Source of the DNA: Phoronis australis
Lineage: Eukaryota; Animalia; Phoronida
DNA: 64,000 nt
Assembly: GCA_002633005.1 (NCBI GenBank)
Contig: NMRA01000268.1
Span: 418,611 to 482,610, forward strand
Reading direction: 5' to 3'
The notes under the pieces were generated by a model. That model did no database searches and had not been told where the DNA came from. It worked only from the letters and a program-made list of their open reading frames with translations. Below, piece by piece: positions 48,843 to 62,393 of this stretch (its first letter is position 1; each line of letters opens with the position of its first letter). The position numbers were made by a program, and so were the translations under genes.

Positions 48843-51800
48843 TGCCACATTTTGTTGACTGAAAACTAAAATCGAAGTGTGCCTTTTAATCACGGTCTCA
48901 CGATAGTCCTTACTTTGACAAGATTTAGTCTATTTACGTTGCCAACAACAGTATCGAAACCATGAGCAACTCAAGAAAACTCTTCAAGGTTTATTGGGGT
49001 TGCCCAACCCTAAAATTGCGATTTGAAAAAAGTGCACACGCGCATTGCCTGCTACTTGAGTTGCTGTTTCATTTGACAACAATTCAGGATCAGATGAGCC
49101 CCAGGCTGCACGGTATTGTTTGTTTATAAAAACAACACTGACAGATAAACAGCGGTGAACTTAAGCTTTAAGTTCCAACTTGCTTCGTACGAGGTATGTT
49201 TCACAGACGTCCTGTTAAATGAATTAAATGTTGCCATTTTGTAATTATGCACAGAGGGCTTACTTTATCTTGACTGAAGCGAGACGTGTGGCATTTTTCA
49301 TATATTGACTTGATGAAAATATGTGTATTTTTATCAATAAAATTTAAATGGTGGTCAGTAATGTTGTTACTCCATAATGTTGCATGCAACTATAATAACT
49401 TGATGTATTACTATTTCAAACAATGGTACTTGCAATACCATCGTTCATAAATCTATCATGGATTTAGTACATGTGCGTGCCCGGCTATGTATTGTTAAAG
49501 TGGCAGCTACATGACTGAACTTTATTTAACAATCAGGACCAGTCTTCGATAGATATGAATAACACTTCAGCAAAAAATTTCATTTCATTCTTGGACATGT
49601 GACTCGCAGGGCATTCGATTATAATTTTGAGGGCGGGTTTCAGAATACCCAACCCATGAGCCTGTTTTTAGTGCAGGAAGCTACGATGAACAAGTCACCC
49701 CCTTTTGTATACGTAGAGTTTCATTTGCACCAGACTATAGATGACATTAAATCCCTTTGTAGAGTTTGGAATTCCCAAAGTAGAAACCGATTGATTTTAC
49801 ACTGGTAAAGACACCCTTTCGCACGGAATTTGCAAATGACACCCTTTTGTAGAGAATCTGGTGGTAAAAAAAATTCACCCATCAGAGCAGAAGATCCCTC
49901 TTCTTGTGATTATTCCATTTGCGAGTATCTTAATTCTAATCAGGCAAAGTGAATTCTTTCCTGCGAATCTGTTACGAATCACACGATTAAACGCCGACGC
50001 AAACTCGACTGAAACCACTAAGTCAAGACTAGTCAACAGGTCACTTTGAAAGTGATTAGGATTCACTCCATGAGAAAGTCAGGCAGATGCGGGAACATGA
50101 CACGTCACGGATTTTTTTGAAATATAGCTTAGTTTTACTCTTAGGTGGAATGGTCAACACCTAAAATAATTTTATCTAAAATATCTATCTTCTTCACAGA
50201 AAACTAACCTCTCGAATTTTTTGGTTAGTTTATGGCTTTGGAAACCATCAAATTTTAGAATTTTTGTTGCATCAAGACAAATTAACAGAAACTAAGAATG
50301 ACATGCTGCATAAACACAACTTCTGTCTACATGAAAATGTAAAACTCATAGTTCAAACGTATTCGCAAATTATCTATTTTTGTTACTTATTCAACCCACC
50401 TGAGTCAAGCTTTGTAACTGGTGGAAATGCCCTTTATTCTATCGTTATTTCTTTTACCGCGCAAAAACACTCAGAAAAGTAACATACTACATGTGAAAGC
50501 TGAGCCTTTGTAGAGTACATGTCTATTAAACATTCGTGGACAGCGACCTGTGTGTCCTGCATGCTTTGATTGAAACCACCCACTTTGCAGATATCGGTCG
50601 TCCTGTTCGCTTTTACTGTCACACTCCCATTAACAAACCAACAAAGTTCTAAAGACTTATGAGTAACAAAAAACGATGTCAACAAGATCGTTAAGATTTT
50701 TCAAAGCTCTAAGTCTGAATTACATTAAAATTCTTGCGGCTAGTAATCAGAACTTTTCAATTAAAGCTAAAATTACGGCCTCAAAACGATGGCAATTGTC
50801 GGTCCTGTAATGTCTGCTTGACGTCTAGTAACGTAAAATAGTTTCGAAAAAATAGGAGAGTATATTAACACGAGGCAAGCCAAAAATCATACTTGATTGA
50901 ACGGTTCTATCTAACCATACCTTTTAAGTACTGAAAACCCAAGAGGAGCACTGATCCTGTAAAGGTGAAAATCTTCCGGTAGTAATTTTTCTGCTGCTCA
51001 TCAGATAGCGCACCGGTTTACCGAGTCGGGAAAATGAACCTTCTGTTGAACAAGTTGTACTCATTACGCAGTGCCAAGTCAATATTAAGTTAGGGCGCGC
51101 CCAAGCCTGTAACTTTGAGAAATCCTACATTTTGGCACGGAAAACATATATTGGGTATGACTATTTCTATAGGAGTGTTTTCGGCAACCTCTGCTCAACA
51201 GTTCTTGAAGCAACGTTTCAGCCAGTTGTATTTACAATTATCACAGGGAGTTCCATTTTAGTGATGACGATTGCAAAGTAAAGGACTGAAACGTAGACTC
51301 GATGAAGCATTGTAGGTTCAGGTGAGAATGGACCAGAAGATTCCAACCGTGATTATAGAACATCCCTAACACAATATGAATTCGAGATGTACAATACTAC
51401 ATAGGGCTACGAATGTCACTGGTTAATCTGGGCATCAGATGTAAATCACTAGCAGATCCAGAATTTCAAAAGGGGCAATTGCAGTGGTGCTATGAATTTG
51501 AAATACAGACAGACTACGAAATTGTTAAATTATTTTACGTAAGGTATCGGTGATTTTAAGTTCTTTATTATCTAATACTCATGGAAACTCTGACTTGCAA
51601 CACATAGAAAAACACATCAGTGCAGTATTTATTACACAGGAAAATTATACAACGCAGCCTTTGGTCATGGTTGACATCGAGCTAATGGATAGGACACTTT
51701 AGTTTCCCACCTGTAAATTGATTATAGTGCATATGTGTATTATACAAGTGTGGGTGTTAAAGCTAGTTGTGAACGTTAAGTTTTTTGTATCGAGCTCTTT

Positions 51801-53544
51801 GACCAAAAGAAGTAAAAATGAAACCATAGTCTACATCACACTGCAATTTTTTGTCAACACCATACAAAAAGCAGGAAAAACGGAAAGTGCCCAAGATTGC
51901 ATCTCTGTCAGAATGATTTCAGGGATGTTAATAATATGTAATATATAAAATAAAAAACTCTAGGTGGTGCAACATACATTATATTCATCTGAAACAACAC
52001 TGTCACATTCTTGCCCAATTCCATACATCAAGATACTTGGTTGATACAGAACCGCTATAGGACGCCACAGCACTCAGACATGTCCTAAAATTTATGCCGG
52101 GCATGCTCTCCTCAGTAATGTAACACATACATCAAATTGCACCCAGATTCATCAACAGAACTTTGTAAATATTGCGGTGCAGATAGACAAACAAATTGCC
52201 ACTCCAGGCGCTTCGGTGATTGCACCCATCAGAAAAACCTGTCAGTCGTGATCATTTCAATAGGAACACATGAGCAAAATTTCAGAACTATCCTCCAAGC
52301 AATTTCAAGGACAGAGAGGCTGCTGCCAAAATGATATTTAGTGACACAGAAATTTCAAATCCAGCCAAAACTAACAGTTTCTTCTCGTTTCCTCAACAGA
52401 AACAAATATACCATTTTTCACGAAAATACATCAAGAAACTTGGTAGATATAGAGGCATACATAAAGAAAACCTAAACTGCCATTGAGCAGTGTTGTGGTG
52501 ACGCGTAGGCACAGGTAGGCGCAACCAACCACCTTTTGGCATTTGAACGTAGTGCCTACTCACCATAAGTTACGTTCTGTGATCAAGGTGATACGGTGGG
52601 CTTTGGGCGCCTACTTACCTTTAATTTTACCCCCACAGCACTGCCATTATAGGGCACCATAGGAAATCGTCCAATCAACAATCCGTTTCAGTGGTGCTCA
52701 TCTCAATGGCAACATTTCTGTACAGATTACATAGGTACGCCAGGAAGTAGGAAAACGGGGCTGTCTCCATAACTGAAACTTATTTGCGAAATTTGATAAA
52801 AATCAGCCAAGGAACTTGCTAGATAAAGAGACTAACATGAAGAAGTAAAGTTGCCACCAGGGGCCCAGTGGTAGTCAAATACATCCCAAAATTCTCTTGT
52901 GTCATCTCATTTCTAAAATTTCACATTCACCAAGGATTTGGAGATGCAGCAGCAGATGCCAGACAAAAAGACCGGGATGACAGCATAATGGGCCTACACA
53001 CCCATGGATGCTTGCATGCATGCAGTCATACAGATCAAGGCAAAAGTAATCAGACAATATAAATCTTTGCCCGCTTGACGGCTAGTCCTGTTAATGCAAA
53101 ATGACTGGTAATAACTATTATGACGGCTAATAACAGAATGTCTTAGCCATCTTATGAACTTTCCTGTTTCCCTTCACTTTCAATCACGAAGGAAGACCGC
53201 TTTGACCACGAATTCTACTTTTGTCCTAGCTGTCATGGAAAGGAATTCCGGGTTATTTTGTCAGGATAGGTTTGGCTTGCATTGTATATTAATGTATACA
53301 AATAACCTGGAAACGACAGTTAAGGGGACACTCTTGGCGTGAGAAGTAATTTCACAGAAAATATCATGGAATCAAACTCACTAGCAACATTATTTCATAG
53401 CAATAGACACACCATAAGGTGCACAACAAGAATACAGTAACACTGATGATTACGATCTACATAGATACTGCTCAAGATATTCAAACAACAGTTCTATGAT
53501 TGTGTCCTGAGGTTCTCGTTTGTTGAGAACACCTCACTGGATCG

Positions 53545-55145
53545 CTTTTTGACCAGTTTTCATGCCTTCATTGAACGCATCAGTCAAAAACATCTTTACG
53601 CTTTCAGTCATTAATTAAGACCTTTGTGCTGACTTCAGAGCCCACCCCATTATGCTGTATGACACTCCTGCTGTTTGGGTACTAGCTGCCTGCATTTTTA
53701 CACCTGTAATTATAAAACTCAATAAGATAGTATATGTTATCTAGGCCACTGGCAGGCTACCAGAACAACAATTGTCAAACAATCGTAAACACCACTCCCA
53801 CACCTAATTGTAAACTGATCCCTGTTCACACAAATCAAACACAGCTTTTGCAACCAATAATCAGTTCAAAAACTCACGTGATTAAGAATCATGTGCATGA
53901 CTCAGGGAAGAGTGTGTGAGGAGTGTTTAAAGGTAACAAAGCTGGATGCAACACCAGGAGCCATGCTTTTTGAATGGGTAGCCATGTTTTGTGTATTCAC
54001 AAAATTGGCTTACAAAATCTAAATGCTGTGGTCATAAGTGAGAGAGTTGTGCTGTTTGAGTGGTCTGATTGATACATTAATCCACGTCAAAAAAATCCAG
54101 CCTAAATTTGTGCAAATGTCCAAACCATGGCTGCATAGCCTGTTGTGTAGCATGTTCCACAACAGCTTCGCGTTTCCATGTTGACTCTTAAGTCAACTTG
54201 GAACAGTCAGTGACTACAATGCACAACAAAGGTTATATGTCCAACTTATGTATTTTTGATGCCAAATTGAGTTCAAAGAGCATGCTGTTAGACCATGAAC
54301 TTCACATTCTATACCAGTGTCTTTGGCAGTCCACTTTCTCCCCACATCAGCGATGATCTTCAAGTGCTGTTGGCTGTTTATCATGCCAGCCCATGCTAAC
54401 TTGCTGCTTGAGTTCGTTTCGAAAGACAAAAGTGATGTTACAGCCATCTTTTGGACACAGGAATATCTTCGTCTTTCGATTGCTGAAACTAATGAAAGGT
54501 CACAATTAGGATGCAACATGACATTCCTCAACCACTAGTTCCACTGGTTTGCAATCAGAAGCAGAATTCTCCAAAACCACCCCATCTCCGATCCCATATG
54601 CAAGCAACCACTTTTCTTGTTGAAATTGGTAACTTAGTTGTAAGCATTAGAACACAGGTCCTTTTTAAAAACCAAGCTATGAAAGAATATTCCATTCCAT
54701 CAAATATTTAACTTTTGTTTCAGACCACATACACAGTTGAAACTAGCTCTCAGATGGTATGACTAATCACAGTGAGATTTCTGAGAAAAATCAGTCTGTG
54801 CAATTGCATACAGCCCATACTATGAATTTTTACGTAACTCACCTTCAAATGAGAAGTTATTAAGTTGACGAAGTCCTGGGATTGAGTGGTGAACACCCTT
54901 TGCATTCCTGAGGCTGCAAACGTATACCTTTGTCCTTGGACTTGGCTTACAACCTGGATACTGCCACATACGGTGCTTTGGACAGACGATCTTTTGTTCT
55001 AATAGGCTGACCAGTTCCTTTGTCTCTCACACTCCCATTCGTGCCAGATTGCCAATCAACTCCCGTTCTTCCAAGTGATCTAGTGCGTTTGGTATTTGAC
55101 AATATCTTTGTTGTAAGTAACACAGTGGCTCGCTGGCTTTGCCAT
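53545..55145 (-). pseudogene. Decayed, intron-containing DNA transposase, probably Sola3-like
   Basis: Fragments VCPKHR..QYPG, AYGIGDG, C2H2-like FLCPKDGC, and MGWALK..FLTDAFNEGMKTGQK. Donor GTGAGT at 54837-54842 and acceptor at about 53704-53718. The superfamily call is from recalled motifs. Confidence 0.45.
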
Positions 55146-55834
55146 TTTCCTTCAGAGCGCGACCTATTTTCGTGAACCTCATTCCGTTTCTTAGCTAAAT
55201 ATCAATAACGCAATATTTCGCTAAAAGAACGCTCAAAGCAATTCTGGTTATCTTGAATAAAATTTAATATGATTTTTTATTACGATTTACTTCCAATTTG
55301 GATCATATTTTTATATTTTCTGCTTTGCCGCTCTCTAAATGGTAGCAATATGAAACAGGTAAAAGTGGTGAAACTGCCTTCGTGTAAATTCGAGAATTAA
55401 AAAAGGTGCTTTCCACGGAAATAACGATATCTTATCAAAGACGAGAGCTGTAGCTATCACAGAACTCATGTGTGGGTGGTGTGTGCGTTTTTGCGCGCTT
55501 GAATTACATAGGTCTCTATATAGGTCTTAATTGGTAGCTGTTTTGGCCCGTGGAGGCAAGGCATTCAAAAGTTCCTTAAAAATATCAATATACTTCATTC
55601 TGAATTATTTTTGGCATTCTCAATTACAAAAAGGATGGTTGGTTATGAATCAATCAAATTTTTATTTTTTAAATGCCCGAAAAGTGGTTTAATTCCCATG
55701 GAAAGAAGGGCATTTTCAACAGTCGCGCATAAGGGGTTAAGCCATTTTTTCACCTATTTAGTTATTCGTTATATATTTACAAAGTGACGAAAGACAAAAC
55801 TAATTTTTATTTTTTTGTAGCTAATTCACCCCAA

Positions 55835-56368
55835 GTGAGTGTTGGGGGGGGGCTCAAATTTCAAGTGTCAAATTCGGAACACGGCGCATTCGTAACGGAA
55901 ATATGGCTAAGTATAGGCTCTCCCGCGATATCCCAGGCGAACGGCAGTGGCGCTGCGCACTACGACTCCGTTTCCGTCGCCTGCTCCACTGTGCATTGAA
56001 GAACATTTACTTTATTTTTTAAAGAAAATGGAACCTGAGTGACGATGAAAAAACAGAAGCTGATGGTAAGATGTGAATTTTAATCAAAGCCTTAGTGAAT
56101 CACTCAGAAACTCGCAATACTCTCTTTGTCAAACCTTATCTTAAGACGATTTCCAAAGCAATCCAGTCATTATTGCCAACAAGAAAAACGGATTTGGTCT
56201 TTTGGGCATTTGAAGACTATTTCAAATACGACAAATTTTGGTTTGCCCCCCTCCCGACCTCCCCCCATTCGGGGCTCTGCGCATCTGCAATCGTGGTTCA
56301 GTTTGCGCAAATGCTTACAGCCGGACAAAATGTTGGCCCCCCTTTGTGATATCCTAGATCCGCCACTG
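55835..56368 (-). mobile_element. MITE family B, truncated inverted copy
   Basis: Reverse complement of about 15870-16440; ends ATCCGCCACTG. Confidence 0.8.
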
Positions 56369-56370
<2 letters not shown>

Positions 56371-56420
<50 letters not shown>

Positions 56421-56489
56421 TACATATATACATATATACATATATACATATATACATATACATATACATATACATATATATATATATAT
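56371..56489. repeat. (TA)n + (TACATA)n compound microsatellite
   Basis: Directly visible. Confidence 0.95.
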
Positions 56490-58449
56490 GTCTTGTTCCC
56501 ATAATATTGCAAATTGCCTGACGTTCTCATGCAGTGACTCTTAAAACCGCACTTTACCTTGTTTTTTCAAATGACAACATTTTCGGCATCAGGAAACCTT
56601 TTATAACAATGCATACATATCACAACCGTGAATGCAATATCTCGAAAACAAGAGCTAAAGCGACTTTAATTGAACTTTTCGTAACTCCACGGACATGTTT
56701 GACGTATAGAATCACTCAACGTGTGTCAGGTCTACCAACACCTGATTTTTTGGGTATACAACTTGTGCCATAGCTGCGCTTTTCTATGTCCCGCGGGAAA
56801 TTGAAGAGTAGCAGCGTGTTCAAATGCTAAGTTGTGACTACCGCCACAAACGCAATCATATGCCTCACCACTTCTTATACAACGAACTACGGGGAAAACG
56901 AGCAGTATATGTAATGACTTTTTGAGGATGGCTAATATGCTTAGCCAGCCAGCTAGCTGTATAAAGACTATCGTCAAAATACTTAGTATACAGCTTTGTA
57001 CCAAGGCTAACTGTGATTAGTTGTCCACACTCTAAACCATATAGTGTTGGCAGGTGTTCTAATTTGACAGCTGATCGCCTGATAAGGTTATTATTTGATG
57101 TTCTGGAGATTGAATTGGTAACTTTAAGTATTTCAATGGTATCTGATTTATTTTTGTAAAGACGACGTCTACAATTCGTAATATTTTTACACGTCAATAT
57201 TCGCAATACATTTTTGAAATTCAATCGTAGTCATGTTTCAGTCGTGCGATTCGCTTGAATCAAATCACACGACCATCCATCTGTCATACCCGGGCCACAA
57301 ATTTGACCTCGCAACTTGCGAATTCCACGTATACTCTGAAAGTTTGTGGAATAGTTTTGATAGTACCTGCGATCGTCATGAATGAGCAACCAACCCTTTC
57401 CCAATCAATGCGTGTGAGATTGATTATTTCTTGAGAGAAGACTGATTATTTCTTGAGAGAAGACCAGAAATATTATCGCAAGAGACCCACTGTTTGCAAT
57501 ATCTAAAAATGAAATTCCTTTCATCTTCATCTGAAGGCCGAGAGAAGCAGGGATGATGGTCCAGTCGCCTCGAAACAAAACATAGCCTTCGACTAGTAGC
57601 TCGCAAAAGCACCAAACGTACGATCGGCTGTGCTGCTTCGCTGAGGTGGGAAGGCCAAATGTTTAGGATTTCAAGAAGTTGAGACATTCATCACTGACGA
57701 TCAGATCTGATGTAATTCGAGTATGAGTGAGATCACCTTCACTGTGTCTGAAGGTGGTAGGGAGAACAATGCTTATGCTGCTGAAATGGGCTTGCCAGGT
57801 GTGTGAATGCATTGGAAAATGTACTTAAGCGTGGGCAGTGGGAGAGTGTGAAGTCGTGATGTTGCACTTGATACGGCTTTGGACTTGATGGCATCATAGG
57901 GCTTGAGGTTTGTGACTTTTCTACCATAAGTGAAGTAGTGGATATTTTCGAGTTAAAATATGACAACTCATTGTCTTTTCTCGATCTGTGCATGTCTTGG
58001 TTCAGTGCGAGAGTGCGACTTACATAGGCCATGGACTACCGATTTCGGATCATGCAGGATCCTAGGCCGTAGTCGCATTGCCATCGTTTTCCTATAGCTC
58101 GCTGCGTGGATCATGTAGTGCAAGAACTGAGAATTCAGTGCCTAGTTTCTTGAGGGAGACTTCGCTGTTTCTTGACCATCCAACAAGGTCTAAGTACCAG
58201 ACTTCCTGCGTCATGTTGAGCTTCATCGGGACCATGAGTGACGGTCTGCGGAACACATGACAATGGAAATGTCGGTGGTTTTGTCCAACATTGCAGAGGA
58301 AACAGATAAAGCAAAAGCCACAATGTTCCATTTGTTAATAAATTAATCAATCAATAATCATGTATTTTAGTGACCTGTAGCATTTGCTACTCAGCCACTG
58401 CTTGCGCTTATTAGACACCTTTTCCAAAAACCGTACAAAATAGACAACA

Positions 58450-59765
58450 CATGCATTTATTTACTATACAATGACAAAAAAAATTAATCCAGCCTCCTCA
58501 ACAGGTATTAATAGTAAGCAACAGCTCTTTTCGCCTTAGAAATGCGTTATAAATAACGAATTTACTCAAGGGGTATTAGTCATCAAGAAAACAAACTCAT
58601 TCTGACTTCCTAGCTCACCAAAGGAGAGGCAGACCAACTGATCTCTGCAAATAACGCTGTTCAGTGTAACGATCGCAAGAGCAAAGGAAATATATTTCAT
58701 CCTTTACGCATGGGACAGTACAAAACTCACACAAACGCTCCTCAATAGGGTTGAGTTGCATAAAGTTATCCGCTGGATAAGTTTGATTGATGCACGACGT
58801 CAGATGCATTGTTCTACAAAAACAACGTGACGCGTGATAATTCGACGTCATTGTTGCTTTACGGCGTATACCTTTTATGCAACTGGACCCAGGACTAAAA
58901 ATACCAAACCGGCGAGTTTCCATTTTCAGCAGCAAAACTCCACATCTAAATTGAGAAATTCGGGACTTCTTTTCTATAGAAACATTCATTTTAAATAAAC
59001 TTCTGTTTGGTAGTTTGTTTTAAATAATCTACAAATTCTTAGCTTGCTCAAAATTCCATCCCTCCATTCACTTTGGCATTCTCCAGATCGCTTGCTGACC
59101 CTCGATAAAATGTTTCAATCTGATCAACCTCTGTAAAAATGGAAAAACAGTTTTTGGCCAATTGTCCTTTCAGCGCGTCAGGTCCCAGTACAAATACTTG
59201 CTTCGTGAGACGATTATAAGACATGCAAATAAGTCTATTTCCGAGTCGTAATATACGCAACTTCAAGCGAAGTACACTAGGTACCCATCCTATATCTCCA
59301 TTCATGGCTACAATTGGAGTAATTTGCGAACCCCAAGAAAACATAGAATGACCCGATTTTGGATTGAATTGAGGAAAAACCCTGTCCTCTAAACACCAGC
59401 GCAATAATTAAGTATCGGGGTTACACACGCATAATATAATGAGGTGTATGTCTTGAACCCAAAATCACGCATGCGCTCGGATTTCTTAGAGACCAACACT
59501 AATTGCATGATCACAAGATTCTTCCAGTGAGTGCGACAGCGACTTGTTTAAACTGCAAATTTTCATCAAAAAGAACACCAAAAAATTATATAGACTTACA
59601 ATATTGGGCGGGTTATTTGCAAAGACAAAGTTGGTTAGCTTCCCTCGGGGTTTATGGAAACGCATAACTTCAGTTTTACTCAATTTCAGCTACATCCTCC
59701 ATTGCTTACACCAAATATGCAGAATACTCAACATGGCCTGATTTGTTCACGGGACGAAAGTAACT
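58450..59765 (-). mobile_element. Old 3' fragment of an RTE-X-like LINE ORF2
   Basis: SKTEVMRF, AMNGDIGW, NRLICMSYNRLTKQVF, ISQFRCGVL.L.MET.RF, ERLCEFC..VKDE.YF..C; same C-terminal motif as the LINE at 4589. Confidence 0.7.
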
Positions 59766-59768
59766 CAA

Positions 59769-60069
59769 CAGTGGCGCATCTAGGATACCATGAGGGGGGC
59801 AACATCCTCGCGGAATTTGACAAAGCGCGATTGTATGTGCACGTAGACGGCCCGGAAGGTGCGCGGACCGAGAATATATATCTTCTGTTCAGGAAATCAA
59901 ATCTCTCGTTGGACTAAAAAAAAAGGGAACGTGTTTTCCCCCGCCCGCTACCGGTCCTAGCTCCTGAAGTAAGTATCCTCACGCTTCACCCTGTTTTGCT
60001 ATTTCATGCTGGTTCATTTTGCTTGCGGCAGCCAAGGAGGGAGGCCGGGTCCCCCAAATCCGCCTATAC
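59769..60069 (+). mobile_element. Short MITE related to family B
   Basis: CAGTGGCGCATCTAGG...AATCCGCCTATA; flanks CTCAA/CGCAA. Confidence 0.6.
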
Positions 60070-62253
60070 GCAATGTCGTTAGCACACAAGGAGCTAATTA
60101 CATTATTTCCTACAGGAATACCACGGTTCAGCCGATTCAAAGAAGTCGGGGATAGGGTATCACCCTGCTCAATGTGTAACTACAACTCAGTTGTAGCTTT
60201 AATCAGCTCAACTTCAATTCAAACTTCTTCCAAACTGACCCACACTAACCCGCGTGCCTTGGAAATAATGGTCTCTCACAGCGTTAGTCAATAGTCAGGT
60301 TATTAAACCAAGGGTTTGCAGTACTGACTGGAGCATACAACAGACAATACGTTGGACTTTTTATTTGTTTGAGTTTTCTAAACATACATTTGAGATTTGG
60401 AAGTGATGAACTGGGACCAGTCTTCAGTCTATCATCGCATCTAAAGCTATAAGCAACATTCAGTGACAACTTACAGCAGCTGCGCCCACCCATACACGGG
60501 GAACACGACACATGGGCGACTGAAACTAACATGTGGTGACAAGCCTATTTTTAGGCCTACATGTCTAACGCAGTGAAGACCACTCGCCTAGACATCATCT
60601 CTTATCTGAGAAAGGAGCAAGGTCACTCCGATTTTACAAGAGTAGATCGCCCGAAGCTTTTTTAACCCTTTAACTTCCATTTTGTCAGCAGTTGATTGAT
60701 TTAGTGTTTAAATTCGTGTTCGGTAAACGGGTCTAATCAACTCAATTTACAGGTAGTCATTTCCATTGATTCTTATTTTGATGACACTGGAAATAGCTGC
60801 GCTGGCACTGAAAATAACAAAGGTAGTCTGTTGGTTTGCGTTGGCAGCTGTGACAAATCACCGTAATTAAAAAATGCTTCGTGCAAACTACGTTCTGTAT
60901 GTCCGTTTGTGCAATCATAGGGGCGGTCTTGAAATTATCCCTGGGGGAAAACCCTTGATTACGAACATCATCTAGAAATATAGGCAAACATTACAGGCGA
61001 AGCACGCAATCACACATACTACTAACTTTGCTCGCGAAAGTCGCACGTCAACAGTTGTGGAAGTTGAAACCTGTGTAAACTCATACCACCAATTCCGCAA
61101 ACAAGCGCATGCGCCTAAGTTCTGCAATTAGATGCAGCTTCACTGTTAGGCGCATGCGCTCCATTTCAGGGTTATACGGTAATTTTCTAAGGAAAGTACA
61201 AGAATATATTTTTTACGGGTGCCGATGCACAAATTAGCAAACCCACCTATTTAGAGAGAGGGAAATGGTGCCAATTTGAACGGATCTTTCATGAAAACGT
61301 TGTCCTTATGTAGGGTTTTGCTCCGACCAGAAACACCACCCTTTCCCAAAATGACTTACCCATTTGTTGAGACTCTTTTTCAACTTAATTGAAAACCTTA
61401 CAGTACAAGAAGAGATGCCATTGAAAATAAGTTCAGGTTTTGCCGGTTTTAAAATCGTAGAAATTATCAAAACTCGCTGTAGATTTGTAATTTGAAAAAG
61501 CCCTTTTGTATTGAATTTTAGGCTGTCAAGAGGTGAATTCTTTCACAGGGAAGCTGACATCCTTTCCTGTCGTGAAAATGTTTCCTTATGGGCGGTACGT
61601 CCCGCATACCTCTTCTACGGTAGTATCTCAGGACGAGTTTTTAAGTTGTTAAATTCAGAACTGTGTTTTAATGCTGGGGAGGTATCACCTTTGAAATCGG
61701 ACTTGAAATTTTCACTGTCATAATAACTTAAATTTCAATGCTCATTTGTGGTTGAGGGATAAACCGTAATTGGATTGGAGCAATCAAACTTTGATTATGA
61801 TTTTCTAAAATTTTATCATTGACTCGTAAATGTGTTGGATATGCGTGGCGGCAACGGAAATGGCGTCCTAATGGCTAAGGAATATAATGTGATTTTTAAT
61901 TTCTCCGGACACCTCAGCGGGCGTGATACCACTAGATGTAGAAATTAAATAATCAACTTTCTTACGAGGGTGTCGATGCCATAGTTGGCTCATTGAGACG
62001 GGGAATAGCAGGCAAACACGAGTCTTTTGCTAACGATGGCGGAATATCCGTAAGCAACACAGTTGCCCAAACTTCTAGTACACCGTGTCAGCAATAATGA
62101 GTATGCCACTCAGAACCAATAAAACTTCGCCTTCTGTCATAAAAGCTAACTATCGACTTAGACCATGTAAATTGATCTCAAATCGTTCCTTAGTCAAATT
62201 CGAGATGATCTTTGAGGTTACAAGAACAAGCAGTTCATTATTACTTGAGACCC

Positions 62254-62393
62254 GCTTCCCGTTCAGAAACGCTAGGATCTCGCTAAAAAGCACGACCTTA
62301 CGAGATTACGTGAGATATTTCTGTTTATTTTAAGTGAGAACAGACAGATAACTTTGGTTAAATTTAGCTAGGTCCTTGCGTTACTGGATGCAC
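62254..62393 (+). mobile_element. MITE family C, diverged copy
   Basis: cccgttcagaaacgctaggatctcgctaaaaagca...gagattacgtgagatatt...tttagctaggtcct. Confidence 0.65.

Noticed and set aside
56126-56521. ORFs rich in YI/IY repeats
   Set aside because: Translation of a (TA)n/(TACATA)n microsatellite plus MITE sequence.
56500-57224. Second recombinase or viral ORF (SHCMR motif)
   Set aside because: A single short motif in a stop-riddled frame; no coherent domain recognised.
60757-60987. Cys/His-rich ORF (VCTKHF) as a THAP or zinc-finger gene
   Set aside because: Lacks the N-terminal C..C, P and W of THAP; no support beyond one motif.
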